Assembly: GCF_006345805.1 (NCBI RefSeq)
Contig: NC_043021.1
Coordinates: 25,420,001 to 25,484,000, forward strand
Direction: 5' to 3'
DNA from: Octopus sinensis
Lineage: Eukaryota
Length of the DNA stretch: 64,000 bases
Positions 37,901 to 50,300 of this stretch are shown here, one piece after another. Position numbers and translations under genes: made by a program. The notes beneath the pieces were generated by a model. It saw nothing but the letters and a program-made list of their open reading frames with translations, searched no databases and was not told the DNA's origin. Positions within the stretch are counted from its first letter, which is position 1. The number at the start of each line of letters is the position of its first letter.

Positions 37901-40900
37901 GTCTGCAAGATGTAACAGAAATCTCTGAAACTCAGTACCCCACAAATTGAGTGTTAAAAAAAATATATATATATAGTTTTTTTTTTTTGTTTTGTTTTGT
38001 TTCATTTAACTGGTTGTTGTTTCTTTCAGTCGAGCAAAATTGTTCCGCTATGTGAATTCTGATTCACCCGAATGGAAAGAGCGAGGTACCGGTGATGTGA
38101 AGTTACTCCGCAATAAGGACTGTGATCAAATCCGATTGGTGATGCGTAGAGACAAGACATTCAAGATTTGTGCCAACCACTACAGTAAGTGATTATCAGC
38201 CTCACACCTTGCCTTGCTCTTCTTTTAACTCCTTTGCATTTTTTTTTTTTTTGTCCCCATTTTTCCATTCTGCCACATTTCACTACAACTGAGTAAACAC
38301 AGCCACAAACTGTAGCTGAAGTAAGACATTTTCTGCTTTTCTTAATCATTTTTAAAAAGAAACGCTCTACATCATCAGCATCCTGGCATGGCTGTGTAGT
38401 TAACCCTTTCGTTACTATATCCCTTACCAATATGCACCCCTTATGTGTTTCAATTAATTCCTAACATAGTTATAAATTTAGTCTGGTTTCATTAAACAAC
38501 TATAACTTTTTTATTTATCAATATATTAATGTGATTTTTGGAAGATAATTTAACGAAAGGTTCTCAACCAATTCTATATCATAATTTTTGTCACAAAGTG
38601 ACTCTAATTGCAGGTAGATACAGGTAAATTCAACAAAATATGAAATTATTAAAATTTTTGTTCAAACATCGCTATAGAAAATGGGTTATTAGCTAATATT
38701 CAATTGGGTATACAACAAAATTTTACTATAGAAGAGTTGTGCACATTACTGGATTCATCAGGTGATTTTAAACACACAAAAGGCAGGTGTGCCATGAAGG
38801 TATAAGTAAAACGAAAGACTGGAATTTATCTGTGAAGAAAACTAGAAAACAAAATACACACACACCATCAACTAGATTAAATAAGCTATCCCACATACAT
38901 AGATACACAGATACAATAATGATTTACAAAAGAAATTAATAAAAATTCGTTACTCACCTTACATATTAAAATAACAAATTAAAATTACACAAAGAAAAAC
39001 AAAAACAAAGTAAATTTGAAAACATTTATAAAATCAAACCACACACATATACAAATCAAACAATATTCCTATTGTGAAAACTTGTAAAGCACCCTGTTCT
39101 ACAGAATGCACATTGGAAAGTTGTTTCAGCAGCCCTTCCACTAGGAGCTTTCCTTTTTTGATGAAGGCATTCGTGACCCTTGATTTTTTTTCTAATTTAT
39201 GGAGATTGGCTGAATTCAGAGGGATATCCCTTTGGCAGGCTTTGTTTTTTCTCCTTACAGTTATTTGTCTTGAGGAATAACCAGCTCGGAACTACAGATG
39301 GTCGAGTCGGTCCCGATTTGGTATATAGTATAAACGCATTAGTAATACTCATGTTTACTATATACCAAACCAGGTATCGCCACCATTTATTCCCCGGTCT
39401 GCCAACTGGATAGTAAGACATCATCTGATCAGTCAATCTACACCACCCATGTACCTGTTATAATCGAGGTTCACAAATGGCTTGCTATTTTCATCCACAT
39501 GTGGCTCTGCACAGGTAGACAGAAAATTGATCTGCCTCTTATCTCTGTATGCGGTCGCTAGCAAATTTCCTTTCTGCCTCTGAATTATTTCACCTTTTTC
39601 TTTTTTAATTTTGCTTTTTTTTATATCCAACGGCAGTCCTTTTCTACTAGCGATCACTGTAGCACATGTATGTGTCACCACAGTATCTAAATTCTCCGCA
39701 AGTTTGACCGAACTGAAAAATCGGTCAAAAAATAATATATGGCCCTGGTTATGGTATAGAAGTGATAAATTCCAGATCACATCGTACCCTAGGCCATGCT
39801 GACTTACATAATTGTCTCTCTTGCCGGTATAAAATTCAAATCCCGAGCAGTACCCAGTATTTGATTCACAAATCTGCCAAACTTTGATCCCCCATTTTGT
39901 GGGCTTTCTTGGCATATATTGTCAAAAACGTACTCATGGGTATCTCCCCCGGTTCATAAACAGTTTTTTTGAACACAGTCAATGAGGGGTCTTATTTTAA
40001 ATATGGGATCAAGTCTGGTTCTCCACGTACTGGTGCACTGATTGTGTCTCTTTTATGCAAATACTGAGTCAATTTCAAAAATCGTCTCCAAAGGGCTAAT
40101 CGCTTACTCCAGTAATTTGTTATTCTGGGTAACTTTCTAATGCCTATAATAATATTTATGGCAAAATATGCCTTAATTTCATTTAAGGTTGTGGGAAACT
40201 ACAAACTGTCCTTTTTTTCACTTTGTTTACTTTCAGCATAACGGTTTGTTTCCACCGTAATTATTTCAAATAGGCTCATTGGAAAAAGTAAAAAGAAATA
40301 GTCTGTTTCACTCTACTAGGAAAGACTGTGGCTTGGTCCAGTTTCCTCAGAAAAATCACTGAAAGAAACAGTTTTCAAATTTTCACTCCATTCAGGTGCC
40401 AATTCATTTCCTTTATCACTCTCATCGGAGCTCTCAGAGTCACTGCTTTCACTTTCGGAAATTGAAACATCAAATTCATTATCAAATACCATATGCTTTC
40501 CCCCCCCCAGTCATAGAGTTAAATTTATCAAGGTCTTCAGTGGAAAATTCTTCGAATTCTGACTCGCTGCTTGACAGAATGAAATTCGTATCCATTTTTT
40601 GTCAAATTACAAATTTTGAAAACACAACAGGAACAAATTTGGAAAAAAACCTCCCAAAATTCACAAAATCAAAATTACATGTCGATCGTTGTACAAAACT
40701 GTAAATGAACTGTTTTCGAAGTATAATCACGTGTTTTCACGAATGTACTAACAAGATTTGCTCTGATATTCTTATTTAAATATGAATAGGTGATTACGGG
40801 CGGTTTTGGGCGGCTTGGTCACATGAACCAAAATTTTTTTGGTGGTTTGACTCTCCCCTCCTCTCCCCACAGTTTTGAGCCTTGTGCCTATAGTGGGAAG

Positions 40901-43900
40901 AATTATTATATACAGCTATGGAGATGATTCGTGTGAAATTTAAAATCCCATAAATCCATGATGTCGACTATTTTTGTTGGTGGTCAAGGTGGTGGTGGGG
41001 GGGGTCAAGGATGTGACATGGAACTGAGGAACAGGCAGGGCTTTCAGGTAAGAAAGAAAAAAATCACCTGTATCATAAAATGAAACATTACCAAATATAT
41101 TTAATTTTATATACACTTGTAATATAACCTATTTTTCTGACTGATTCATATATATACAACAATCAGTCACTAACACAACACATTGCTGGTTGTTTTAAAA
41201 GAAGAAAATATATATATAATGTGGATATTTTTGAAAGAGGGCATACTTATTTCAAATGCACATACTTTAGTATAGAAATATTTGAAAAGAAAATTATTTT
41301 ATTTCATATGGATGGGTGGGTTTTATTGTTTTAACTTCCAGTAACCTGTGGTGTAAACAGTTTGTCAAAAGACAATGAGAATTTTGCATTTATGATTTGC
41401 TTCTGTGATTGTCTTTCTCCTTTGTGTGGGTCTCCATTCACACTCCCCTAATCCTTAAGAAACATTCACTGAATTGACCGGGTCTCTAGGCGAAGTAGTC
41501 TATGCTCGCATGGGTCAGATAGTTTGTGGTAGATTTTCTATGGCGAGATGCCTTTCCTGTTGCCAACCCATGCCTGTTTCCGAGCAAGATAAATATTTCT
41601 CCATGGCCAGACATATTTTCATAGAATATCGGAAATGGCACTGATTTTATAACAGTGACACTCATTTGCAATCCTACAATATCGAAACAAACCCACACAT
41701 TCACAAATGCACACATGATGAGTTTCTTCCTGTCTACCAAATCCGTTCATAAGGGCTTTGGTCAGTCCAGGGTTTAGAGTAGAAGGCACTTGCCCAAAAT
41801 GTCACTCAGTGGGACTGAACCCGGAACCATGTGGATGGGAACTGCTAAGCCCCACAGCCACATCTGTGCACATAGATGCACACACACACGTAAAGATGTG
41901 CAAGTACACACCTTGCTGGATCATATTAATGCCAGAATTTGTATAATATGCGAAGCACTCGGCAATTACCAGCTGGTGCTCGTACTCAGGAACCATTGTA
42001 AGGATTTGGATTAAAGCCTGTTCGTTCCATCTCCTAGTCTTAAAAAAATTCTTTTGTATGAATTCTGCTGATATTAATGGATTTCCACATGTATGTTCAT
42101 TAAAAGGAGAATTTCTGCTTTGGGGTGACATATGGTAGCTGATACCTGGAGAGGGGCTTTGGAAAGCATGCTTTAAGCTTATTAGCCAGATGATATTATA
42201 TATGCACACATACAAATACACACTCTCAATACAAGGTTGTTGTTTTTTTTTTTATAAACCATTTCAGACACACAAACTACTGGCATTTATGAATTAATGT
42301 AAAATTTCCTTACTCCCCACCTCCATTAATTAAAAATGCCATGTTTTTAGGTAAGAAATTTATCCTTGCTTTTCCCCATCGAAAACAATGGTTACTCCAT
42401 TTTCTGTTATCGGTAAAACTAATTTCCTTTCTGGCAACTTGGATGTGTTTGTAATTGGGTTGGTTTCAGCCTCATTTCAAATCTTCTTGTCATCAGTTTC
42501 TCCTACCATTTGATTAATTTTTTTTATCAAACATCACATTTATATATTTTTCACTTCTTTCTGTCTGTTTGTCCATCTCTCCGTTCTGCAGTAACTAAAA
42601 ACATGGAGTTGAAACCGAGCAGCGGCAGCGATCGGGCCTGGGTCTGGAGCACACTGGCTGACTTTGCTGATGAAAAAACCAAACCTGAGCTGTTGGCAAT
42701 TAAATTTGCCAATTCTGAAAGTAGGTTTTTATAATTATCATCACTAATTAACACCATTCATTTTCTCCATCTGCACCTTTTTTTTAAATATTCTTTTTCT
42801 TTTATTTGGCCCCATCAAGTCAGTCTGTCAAAAAACAATAGGAATTTTGTGCTTACTCTTTTCTTCTGGGATCATCTCTCTCTTGTTGTGTGGTTCCTCG
42901 TTCACATTCCCCTAATCCTTAAGAAACCCTTACAGTCATTTTTTTTTTTTTCTGGGTGTAGTTGATCTGGGACTACATCATTCAATGTGTTTGTGTGTCT
43001 TTTTTTAAGACAGTAGAATGGAATTGAGCTATTTGACTATTATTACTAGCATGTTGATTGGCTGTATGGAGGCTCCCTTGTTAATTCCTAAGGTAGTTAA
43101 CTGGCAGAAACGGTAGGACATTATTGGATTAAGGGTTTTTTGGGGGGGATTTAAATTTAATACTCTGCATTCAGATCCTACCCAAGTTGACCTGGGTTTT
43201 TTTTTTTTTTTCATTGTTCCAGAGATATTCTTGTAACGTGTCCCTCAATCTTATTCATCTCACATCAGGCTAAAGAGAAGACTAACCTTTTTACTGTATT
43301 TCATTCCTTTTTCTTGCTTAATCCTGCCAGACTTTACCATTCGTCCACCTCGCCAACTACTTTAATCCCCGTTAGCATGGATCAAGTAGCAAGCAGGTTG
43401 GAACGGGGGGTTTCAATGACTGGGTCCTCTTCCTGTTGCCAGTGAGGGGATAATACCTCCAAACAGCCCAGACATGTTTCATGTGGAAAACTGGAAACAA
43501 AATCACTTTCTGAAGGAGCTTTTTATTTAGAAAGATAATGCACGCATATGATGATGATACGTTTCTTTTCGTTTCTGTCCATATCCATATCCAAGGCTTT
43601 GATCAACCCCAATCGATAAAACGAGACCAGCAGGTGATTCACCCATCATCATATTTCTGTTGGAACACACGGCAGCCTTTTTGTCTTTTCCAGTTAATTA
43701 TGAAAATTCAAATCAAATATTTTTGTCTGGTGTTTGGAGCATAAATGAACATGAAATTTTAATGCAAGCTTTTAAGAAGTTTGTATCCTACAAACCAAGG
43801 ATCATTTCAGGTGGATTGGTATGGACAGGATCAAATGGATTAAACCACTTTGTAAAAACCGTTTCTCATCTTGTGATTGAAGTTAGAAAATCATTATTGA

Positions 43901-45520
43901 AGCTATTGGCCATTCAAACATGAGGGGTTTTTTCTTTTTCTTTCTACTTTTCAACTATGAACGTTTGCACATTGTTAGTCAGGTTTGGCTTTCTCTGCTC
44001 CTAATCTCTCCAGACTGCAACCATGAGATGATCTGTTGTCAGTTTGAGAAACCACTTGATTAGTATCTCACAATGGACATGTGATAAATCTGTCGTTACT
44101 GGGGAGCGGCTGTGATTAGGAAATCCAGCAACACTGCCTTGAGCAAGTTTGAACTTCCAACTGACATTTCTAACAACTGCAACATGATTTGAAAGGGATA
44201 AGGGGGCTGGGGTGTTAGGCATTGGTTTGAGTGCAAAACAATGATTTTTTTTTTTTCTTTTCTTTTTTTTAAAGATGCACAGTTATTTAAAGAGAAATTT
44301 GAGGAAGCGAAAAAAATAGTTCTCAGAAATTGTCCAGAGTCTTCCAGTAAGTATTTTATTTGGATTTGAAATTGGTGCTTCTGTGATAGATATGTATGTT
44401 TTTTATTGCAAAAATGTTTTCCTTTGAATTTCTTGAGCTGGAAGAATGCTAAACCTATTTTCATAAAACAGTTTTAACTTTCTATCAGCTAAGTTATAGA
44501 CCCAATTCCGTTTGGGGTTTTAGTTGAAAAATGAAACCATTGCCCCATCAAGGTGTGTAGCAATTAATATAATTAAGTGCACACACATTTTTCATGCCGG
44601 CATGAGTTTGAAGGGTCTTCTTGTATGACACCTGGTGTTATTTGTTCTGTCAGTCTTTCTGACTCCCAATCTGTGTCTTGTGAACAGTTTCCTGATTCTG
44701 TCGCTCATTCACTTGCTTCACCACTCTTCCCTTCGCATTCAACATTTTATATTCTAAAGGAACATTTACCATTCTCTTGATTTGTTCTCAAGAAGATTAA
44801 TAAAGAAGTGCGCTGGTCTCTGACTTAATCGGGGAAGAAGCTGATTGTCTTGTGCGCCTGTGTCTAACATTCCAAAGACTTTATACTCCTAAGCTTTAAT
44901 TATCAAATGTAACTAATGAAAATAACATGAGCATAATATACATTGTGTACTGTTGTTGTTGTAGTTATTGTGCTAACCCTCCTCCTTGCTCTGTCCTGGG
45001 TAAACTGTTATAGAATTGATCTGAAAATGACAAATGATTAAAGACTCCTGGAAACATTTGCAGCACATTGATCTGTGTGTGGTTTGTCAAATGTGACTTT
45101 TGGGAGTATTGGCAGAGTGAAATGTTGCCTCTCTCATAAGAGGCTTGCTACTATTTCTAGCAGGTCAACAGATTAGAGGCTTTGTTGCCAAATTCTCTCT
45201 TGGGTTCAGATTTAGGCCTTAAACATCTTTTGGGAACCAGCTCCTTGGTCCCTTTCATTTGCATTTTTAATGGGATTTTTTTTTCTTGTGCTTATTTTTT
45301 TTTTTTTTACCTTAATGATGATAATAATAATAATCTAAATAATTCAGGTGAATCTGAAGAAGAACTTGCAGACAAGATTGATAAAATGAAAGTGTCATCC
45401 TCAGAAAGTGCCAAGAAAGAAGAGAAAAATGAAACCAGTTCCCCAGAGAAAGAAACGGAAAAGTCGTCCTGTACAAAAGATGACAGTACAACTTCTGTCA
45501 GTGAAAACAAAGAGACTTAG
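28960..45520 (+). CDS. RANBP1: Ran-specific GTPase-activating protein / Ran-binding protein 1; 6 exons, 223 aa
   Basis: Exons 28960-28974, 30752-30879, 38030-38184, 42592-42720, 44275-44346, 45348-45520 total 672 nt in frame. RanBD motifs: [61 protein letters not shown]-terminal NES-like [10 protein letters not shown]. Confidence 0.96.
30086..30100 (+). CDS. RANBP1: Candidate alternative RANBP1 first coding exon (MVSIL)
   Basis: GCCATGG Kozak context; TTG|gtaagt consensus donor, phase 0, compatible with exon 2. Not confirmed by transcripts. Confidence 0.5.
30752..30879 (+). CDS. RANBP1: RANBP1 exon 2
   Basis: [42 protein letters not shown](L). Confidence 0.94.
31045..31460. mobile_element. 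Non-autonomous TIR element (GGATCTTTTC..GAAAAGATCC) with 6-bp TSD TTAACT
   Basis: TTAACT|TGGATCTTTTCAGTTTGAACAGCAGTTTTT ... AAAAACTGCCGTTCAAACCGAAAAGATCCC|TTAACT; internal TTAGGGTTAGGG tract. Confidence 0.85.
31971..32961. repeat. Two head-to-head LINE 3'-UTR copies around a (TA/TG)n spacer, forming a ~1 kb imperfect palindrome
   Basis: 31971-32150 is a near-exact reverse complement of 32785-32961; the inner ends 32545-32570 and 32655-32680 are also complementary. Confidence 0.85.
32170..32535 (+). repeat. 33-bp minisatellite GGCAACGGACACGAGCGGATGGTGCTTTTACGT
   Basis: About 9 exact or variant units; produces repetitive ORFs in several frames (e.g. [11 protein letters not shown]). Confidence 0.92.
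34617..36050. mobile_element. Foldback element (6-bp TSD ATTTAT) interrupted by a Helitron-like insertion
   Basis: ATTTAT|GGGATCTTATCAGTTTCGCTCACAGAT ... ATCTGTGAACGAAACTGAAGAGATCCT|ATTTAT; almost fully palindromic once 35123-35907 is removed. Confidence 0.88.
35123..35907 (+). mobile_element. Non-autonomous Helitron-like element
   Basis: 5' TCTATATATATAAAA; 3' hairpin CGTGCA-TAGAA-TGCACG followed by CTGCTAG. Inserted at A^T with no TSD; the host TIR reconstitutes as ACACAAAA|TAGCTTCTAAAA. Confidence 0.85.
36500..36745 (-). mobile_element. Possible RTE-clade LINE 5'-UTR remnant
   Basis: Minus strand GTATGCCTCAGTGACCCTGAGAGCTACACCAGCAGAGTGCAAGCTTTTGGTAGAGCCCACCAT resembles RTE 5' leader sequences (from recall, not searched). 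Confidence 0.4.
37068..37295. mobile_element. piggyBac-type MITE (220 bp) with TTAA target duplication
   Basis: TTAA|CCCTTTCGTTAC ... GTAACGAAAGGG|TTAA; decayed relatives at ~1037-1250, ~17345-17470, ~34540-36160 (split) and ~58240-58436. Confidence 0.9.
38030..38184 (+). CDS. RANBP1: RANBP1 exon 3
   Basis: [51 protein letters not shown]. Confidence 0.96.
38400..40835 (-). mobile_element. piggyBac (PGBD4-like) transposon with disrupted transposase, one TIR intact
   Basis: TTAA|CCCTTTCGTTAC terminus at 38400. Transposase remnants [55 protein letters not shown] and a Cys-rich C-terminus. Acidic N-terminus starts at 40595. Confidence 0.92.
39060..40595 (-). pseudogene. piggyBac transposase pseudogene
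   Basis: In-frame stop after GGVD, frameshifts, and an apparent deletion of the first catalytic-Asp region near 39920-39960. Confidence 0.85.
42592..42720 (+). CDS. RANBP1: RANBP1 exon 4
   Basis: (I)[42 protein letters not shown]. Confidence 0.96.
44275..44346 (+). CDS. RANBP1: RANBP1 exon 5
   Basis: (N)[23 protein letters not shown]. Confidence 0.93.
45348..45520 (+). CDS. RANBP1: RANBP1 terminal coding exon
   Basis: (S)[26 protein letters not shown]...ENKET*; NES-like motif and acidic tail. Confidence 0.9.
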
Positions 45521-46544
45521 CTATGCCAGCCCTCCCCCCATGCCCCTCCCTTTTCTTCCTTATACTACATTCTTTTTATCATATTCCCTTTTTGTCCCTT
45601 TCCAGTATGCTTGCATTCATCTTCTCAACTAATGTCGCCAGGATCAGCCAGGCCTCGTTGATTTATTTTCTTAATATAACTTCATATATAATAATAATAA
45701 TAATAATATAAACAATTATCATGCTCTTTGGCTTTCATTTTCTTTCTCCATACTTTCTCTCTCTCTCTTTTATTATTCATTTCTATTTCTAACTCTGTGG
45801 GACATTGTCCATGGCTGCCACATATATACTCCTGGATCTTGGAGACATTAAGTATTTGAATCTGTGGTTTTTTTTTTGTTGCTATGATTAAAAGATTTTT
45901 TATATCATCAACAAAAGCTGTGTGAACACGGTTAGCTTTCATGTCATTGGCATCATTTAAGAGTTTTCAAAGTTCTCTTCAACCAACAGACACTGTTGAT
46001 TATATTTGGCTCCTGGATGAAAAAGTGTCAAATCAAGAATTGATTTGTAGGCCTCCACTAGACATTTTTTATATATACATATATATATAATTTGTGATTT
46101 TTATTGTAAATATACAATTTCTAGCCACTCTGCTTTACTTTTTTTTCCCCTTCTCTGAATTAATTTAACTTTCTTTACAGAGTTTTTTTTTTTAATTCTC
46201 TGTCTTTTTTAATTCTTGCAATTTTGTAAATGAAGAAAAGACAACTGCATGGTTGGTCATCTCATTTTTCTTTTTCTTTTTTTTTTGGTTCCACCAGCAC
46301 ATTTGCATCTTTCACCATTTTCTTATGTAAAGCTGAGTATGTGTTAGACTGTTCCTCCTGCCCCACCCCCATTGCTGGAGAGTAAGAAATGATGGTAAGT
46401 AGTCTTCAGGTGAGAATTATTTCCCCTAACCCCATCCCCCACTCTTCTCTCTGGCAGCCACAGCTGCCAACTTTGTATGATTGCTAATACAAGAATAGCT
46501 GTTTTTTCTTAAAAGGTTTCTATTTATTCCTTAACTTTTTTAAA

Positions 46545-46550
46545 AATAAA
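46545..46550 (+). terminator. Candidate polyadenylation signal of RANBP1
   Basis: AATAAA about 1 kb after the stop, at the end of a repeat-poor U-rich stretch, followed by a T-rich downstream element; SINE sequence resumes after it. Confidence 0.55.
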
Positions 46551-47153
46551 TATCACTATAGCAACAAAATGAAATTTGTTTTTTTTTATTTTGTTTGGGA
46601 GAGCTTTCATCATCGTCATTTTCACATCCAATTTTCCATGCTTTCAGGAAGTAGATGGAATTCATTGTGGAAGATCTTCCACTGTGGAGTGCCCTTCTTG
46701 TCATTGACCATCACCTGTTTATAAGTAAGGTAATTTTTCCTTGTAACCAGACCTGGTTTCACAAACTGTAAACAAAGGACTTGGTTGTTTATAACGAACA
46801 ATCTCCTTTCATGTTTCCATCTGCAAAATCTACTCACCAAGGCATTGGTCTACCTGAGGTTATAATAGAAGACACTTGGCCAAGGGTGCCACACAGTAGG
46901 ATTGAACCCAAAGCTATGTGACTGGGGAGCAAACTTCTTGACCACACAACCATAGGGTTTATGATTGAAGTTTGCAAGGATTGGGTAATTGAAGAGGAGA
47001 GATACAAAGTACCACATTCACAGATGGTTCAGTGTCTTCCACTGCTTCTGGACGAAGTTAATTGGATTTGCTCTCTGGCTTCTTCCCAATAAGTTTCTTG
47101 GGAGTTGGACCTTCTGTAATAAGTAACAATGGCAAAACAGATTATTTCAGCAT

Positions 47154-47316
47154 TTATTCAACACTGACAAGCTTTTCTAACATTTTCTTCTGGGAGTAGG
47201 TGGTGTAGAATGCAAATCTTTCAAACACTGATAAGTGGTCGAAATTTTCTGAAAACAGGGTGCTGGAATCTTTTTCCAAAGTGGTTCTGTACTGGGCCAA
47301 ACACTTTTCTGCAACT
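47154..47316 (-). CDS. SETD6: SETD6 terminal coding exon
   Basis: [53 protein letters not shown]. Confidence 0.88.
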
Positions 47317-50300
47317 CTAAAAGAAAAAAAGTTTAAATCATTACTTTTTGTTGTTGATCAGGTATATTTGGAGCTGAACCCAAAAACTGTGGTTCAGAAG
47401 CAAACTTAAGCACAAAGCCATGACTATGGCCAGGCTGGGGCACTCTGGAAGAGTTTTAATTGATCAAATTGAACTCAGGGCTATTTTTTGCCAAACCACT
47501 TGTACAAACTCCAATTAGTATTGGAGGGGGACAAACGTGTGTGTGTGTGTATATATATATATATATGGCAGGCTTCTTTTAGTTTCCATCTACTAAATGC
47601 ATTGATCAGCACACAGGAACTGAACTCAAGGCCACAGTGGTTGGGAAGGGAACTTCTTAATCAGACAGCCACACCTTCACCTCAGTGAATAATCAATTTA
47701 AACAAACTAAAGTATTTTTATGATGTGAGAACATTTGGTTTCCATGCCTACCAGCCTCTTTTACTGGTCCAAGTTCCTAAAGAGAAGCTGTTTGAAAGAA
47801 GTCAATTGTAAATGAGGTGGTGGGAGGAGGAGATTGATGTGACTTACTGAATGAGCAGCTTTCTCCAGGAAGGACAGAAGGTTCGAAGGTCTTCTGCAAG
47901 AATCCAGAAACGAAAATACATTGAAATGAAACAAAATAGTAAAGAACAGCAGAATGAGAGAGAGTGACAGTGGTGGTAGTTAGACGAAGGTGTTGAGAAT
48001 GAGTTGTGGGGTGGCAAAGGGGAAAAGAGACACAAGGGTAGCAGAGAAGGGGATGATGAAATACACTCCTACTCAATTGCAGTAGTTAGAGGGATGGAGA
48101 TGGTAGTAGAGAAGCAGACTGGAATTGGGAAATTATTTGATTAATAATTGCCAATTGGCAGTTTTTGTTAATAACTTGTGTAATTGACTTCAGGGGATGT
48201 CAGGTAAATAATGTTCATGCTTTTCTCCATTATATTAATAATTGTTCTTAATTTAGACACCAGGTGAACAATCTTGAATGTAGAGTCTTGGTTGATAGCA
48301 TCACCACCACCACCCAAGTCCTTGTACATGAAATGGCACTACACCCAGAAAGAATGGTGATGTGCACCTTGGCAAGATTTGAACTCAGAATGTGAAGAGG
48401 TAGAAGAGATAGCTAATCCATTGCCTTCCTTTTTTTTTACCAAATTTCTGCTGAAATGAATGGATTTCATTTAAATTCATTTTGAAAAGAATGAATTCAG
48501 CAAAATAACTTAAGTTGGTGTTTTGGAACATAATTTCATATGAAATTTGTATCCTAGAACCATAGGCAGGTTGGTATCTTTTAGGCTGAGGGCCAGCAAT
48601 TTTGAGGGGAGGGGATTAGCTGAGACTATAGACCCCAGTACTTGACTGCAGCAAGATGAAAAGTCAACTTAACCTTGGTAGGAGGTGAACCCTGAATGTA
48701 AAAACCTGGAAGAAATACTGCAAAGCATTTTGTGAGATAGTCTGAGGATTCTGTCAATTCATTGCCCTCCATTTCGAATTTTAGCACAAAGCCTGTAATT
48801 TTTGGGGAGGGTTTAGTCAATTACATTGACCCCAGTATGCAACTGATACTTAATTTATCAGCCCTGAAAGGATGAAATGCAAAACTGACCCCAGGGTATA
48901 AAACCAGAAGAACTGTTTCTGAGTATTTTGTTTAATTTAACAATTACACCAGTTCACTGCCTTTGCTTTCAAGTTTTGACACAAGGCCAGCAATGTTAGC
49001 AAAGGGGGTAAATCAATTATACACAACCCCAGTGCTGAAAGGCAAAACCAACCTCAGCAGGATTTGAACTCAGAACATAAAGGATTGGAACAAGAACAGC
49101 AGAGCCTTTCGTCTGCCAATTCTGCTCTTCCAATGATTCAGCCTCAACAAATGCAAACAAAAAAGAACCAGAGACTTGGCTTGTCTCCAATTGATGATGT
49201 TTGCAGATACAAGGATAACCATTCCTTCCTCCATGTTGTTGTAAAGTTTATCTCTTAATTAAATAACCTGCAAATAAATAAAATGAACTGCAAAACCACC
49301 CAATCTGTGCCAAATTATGGAAGCCGGAAGATTTCAAGAAATACTTACTAAAACGAAGCAGTTCTTCGTCGTCGTCGTAACTCTCATCAGAATCCTCTCC
49401 GTCGTCATCATTATCGTTGTCATTGTTATTTGTTTGGTTTGTTACATTTGGATCAATCTGGAAACTCTCTTTTGCTTTCAAAGTCACAAACTCTGAATCA
49501 TTCAGAAATAAAATCTGCAAAATTGAGAGAGAGAAATACAATCACCATCGTTTTGGCTTTTGGCCTTGTGCCATTATTATCATTCTAGGCAGAAATGCCA
49601 AGTATACTGGACTAAATTCTTTGAAATATTAAGTTTCATCACTTTGATAAAAGCTGTGTCTCAACGTACAATTTAATTGGCTCTAATGCCTTGCCTGCAA
49701 TGTGTGCCTTGTGCCAAATGGGGGGGGGGGATCCTCACCACTAAAACCATCGTTTTTATGGTGAATTGTTAAAAGAGCTGGATAAACAGCTTGCAGTATT
49801 TCTTGTAGCTCTTTATCTTCAGAGTGGAATTATTAAAGGATGGTGAGCTGGCAGAATTATGAGAGTTCTCCTTTTGGCAGTTTTAGGCTACCATGAGCTT
49901 TCTCTTAGGTTATATTATTATAGTATATTCTCTAATTAATTTTGTTTACGTTATGCAAGGCTATTTATTGTGTTTCCTATTTGGAAATAGATTATTTTAT
50001 TTGGCTTTTTAAGTAAGGGTGTATATAATGATTAAGCCGTCACTTAAAGCTTAAGTGTTATCAATGTACACAAATCTGAACTACAGTATATAACACTATA
50101 GAGAAATATGCTTTATGGAACGCTAACAAATATTAGTGTCCTGTATGTATAATATTATCTTCGTGTTCATTTAACCGCTATAAGAAAATATAATTTAATG
50201 ATTACGGAAATGCATATTTATACACAGTTGAAAAGCGTGAAGAGAAAACATTTTCTTAATTAGTTTTATTATATTGTACATGTGAAAGAAAAGATAATTT

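Noticed and set aside
45305-45320. U12-type branch-point-like TACCTTAAT before the RANBP1 last exon
   Set aside because: The upstream donor is GTAAGT (U2 type), and I found no GTATCCTT or ATATCCTT donor in that intron.
28975-45347. Intronic snoRNAs in RANBP1
   Set aside because: ATGATGA matches come from (GAT)n tails, and I could not support any C/D or H/ACA structure by eye. An Infernal or snoReport scan would be needed.
49248-49348. ORF-track stop at 49248 as the SETD6 C-terminus
   Set aside because: A consensus gtaagt donor at 49348 and two downstream in-phase exons encode the SETD6-like C-terminus.
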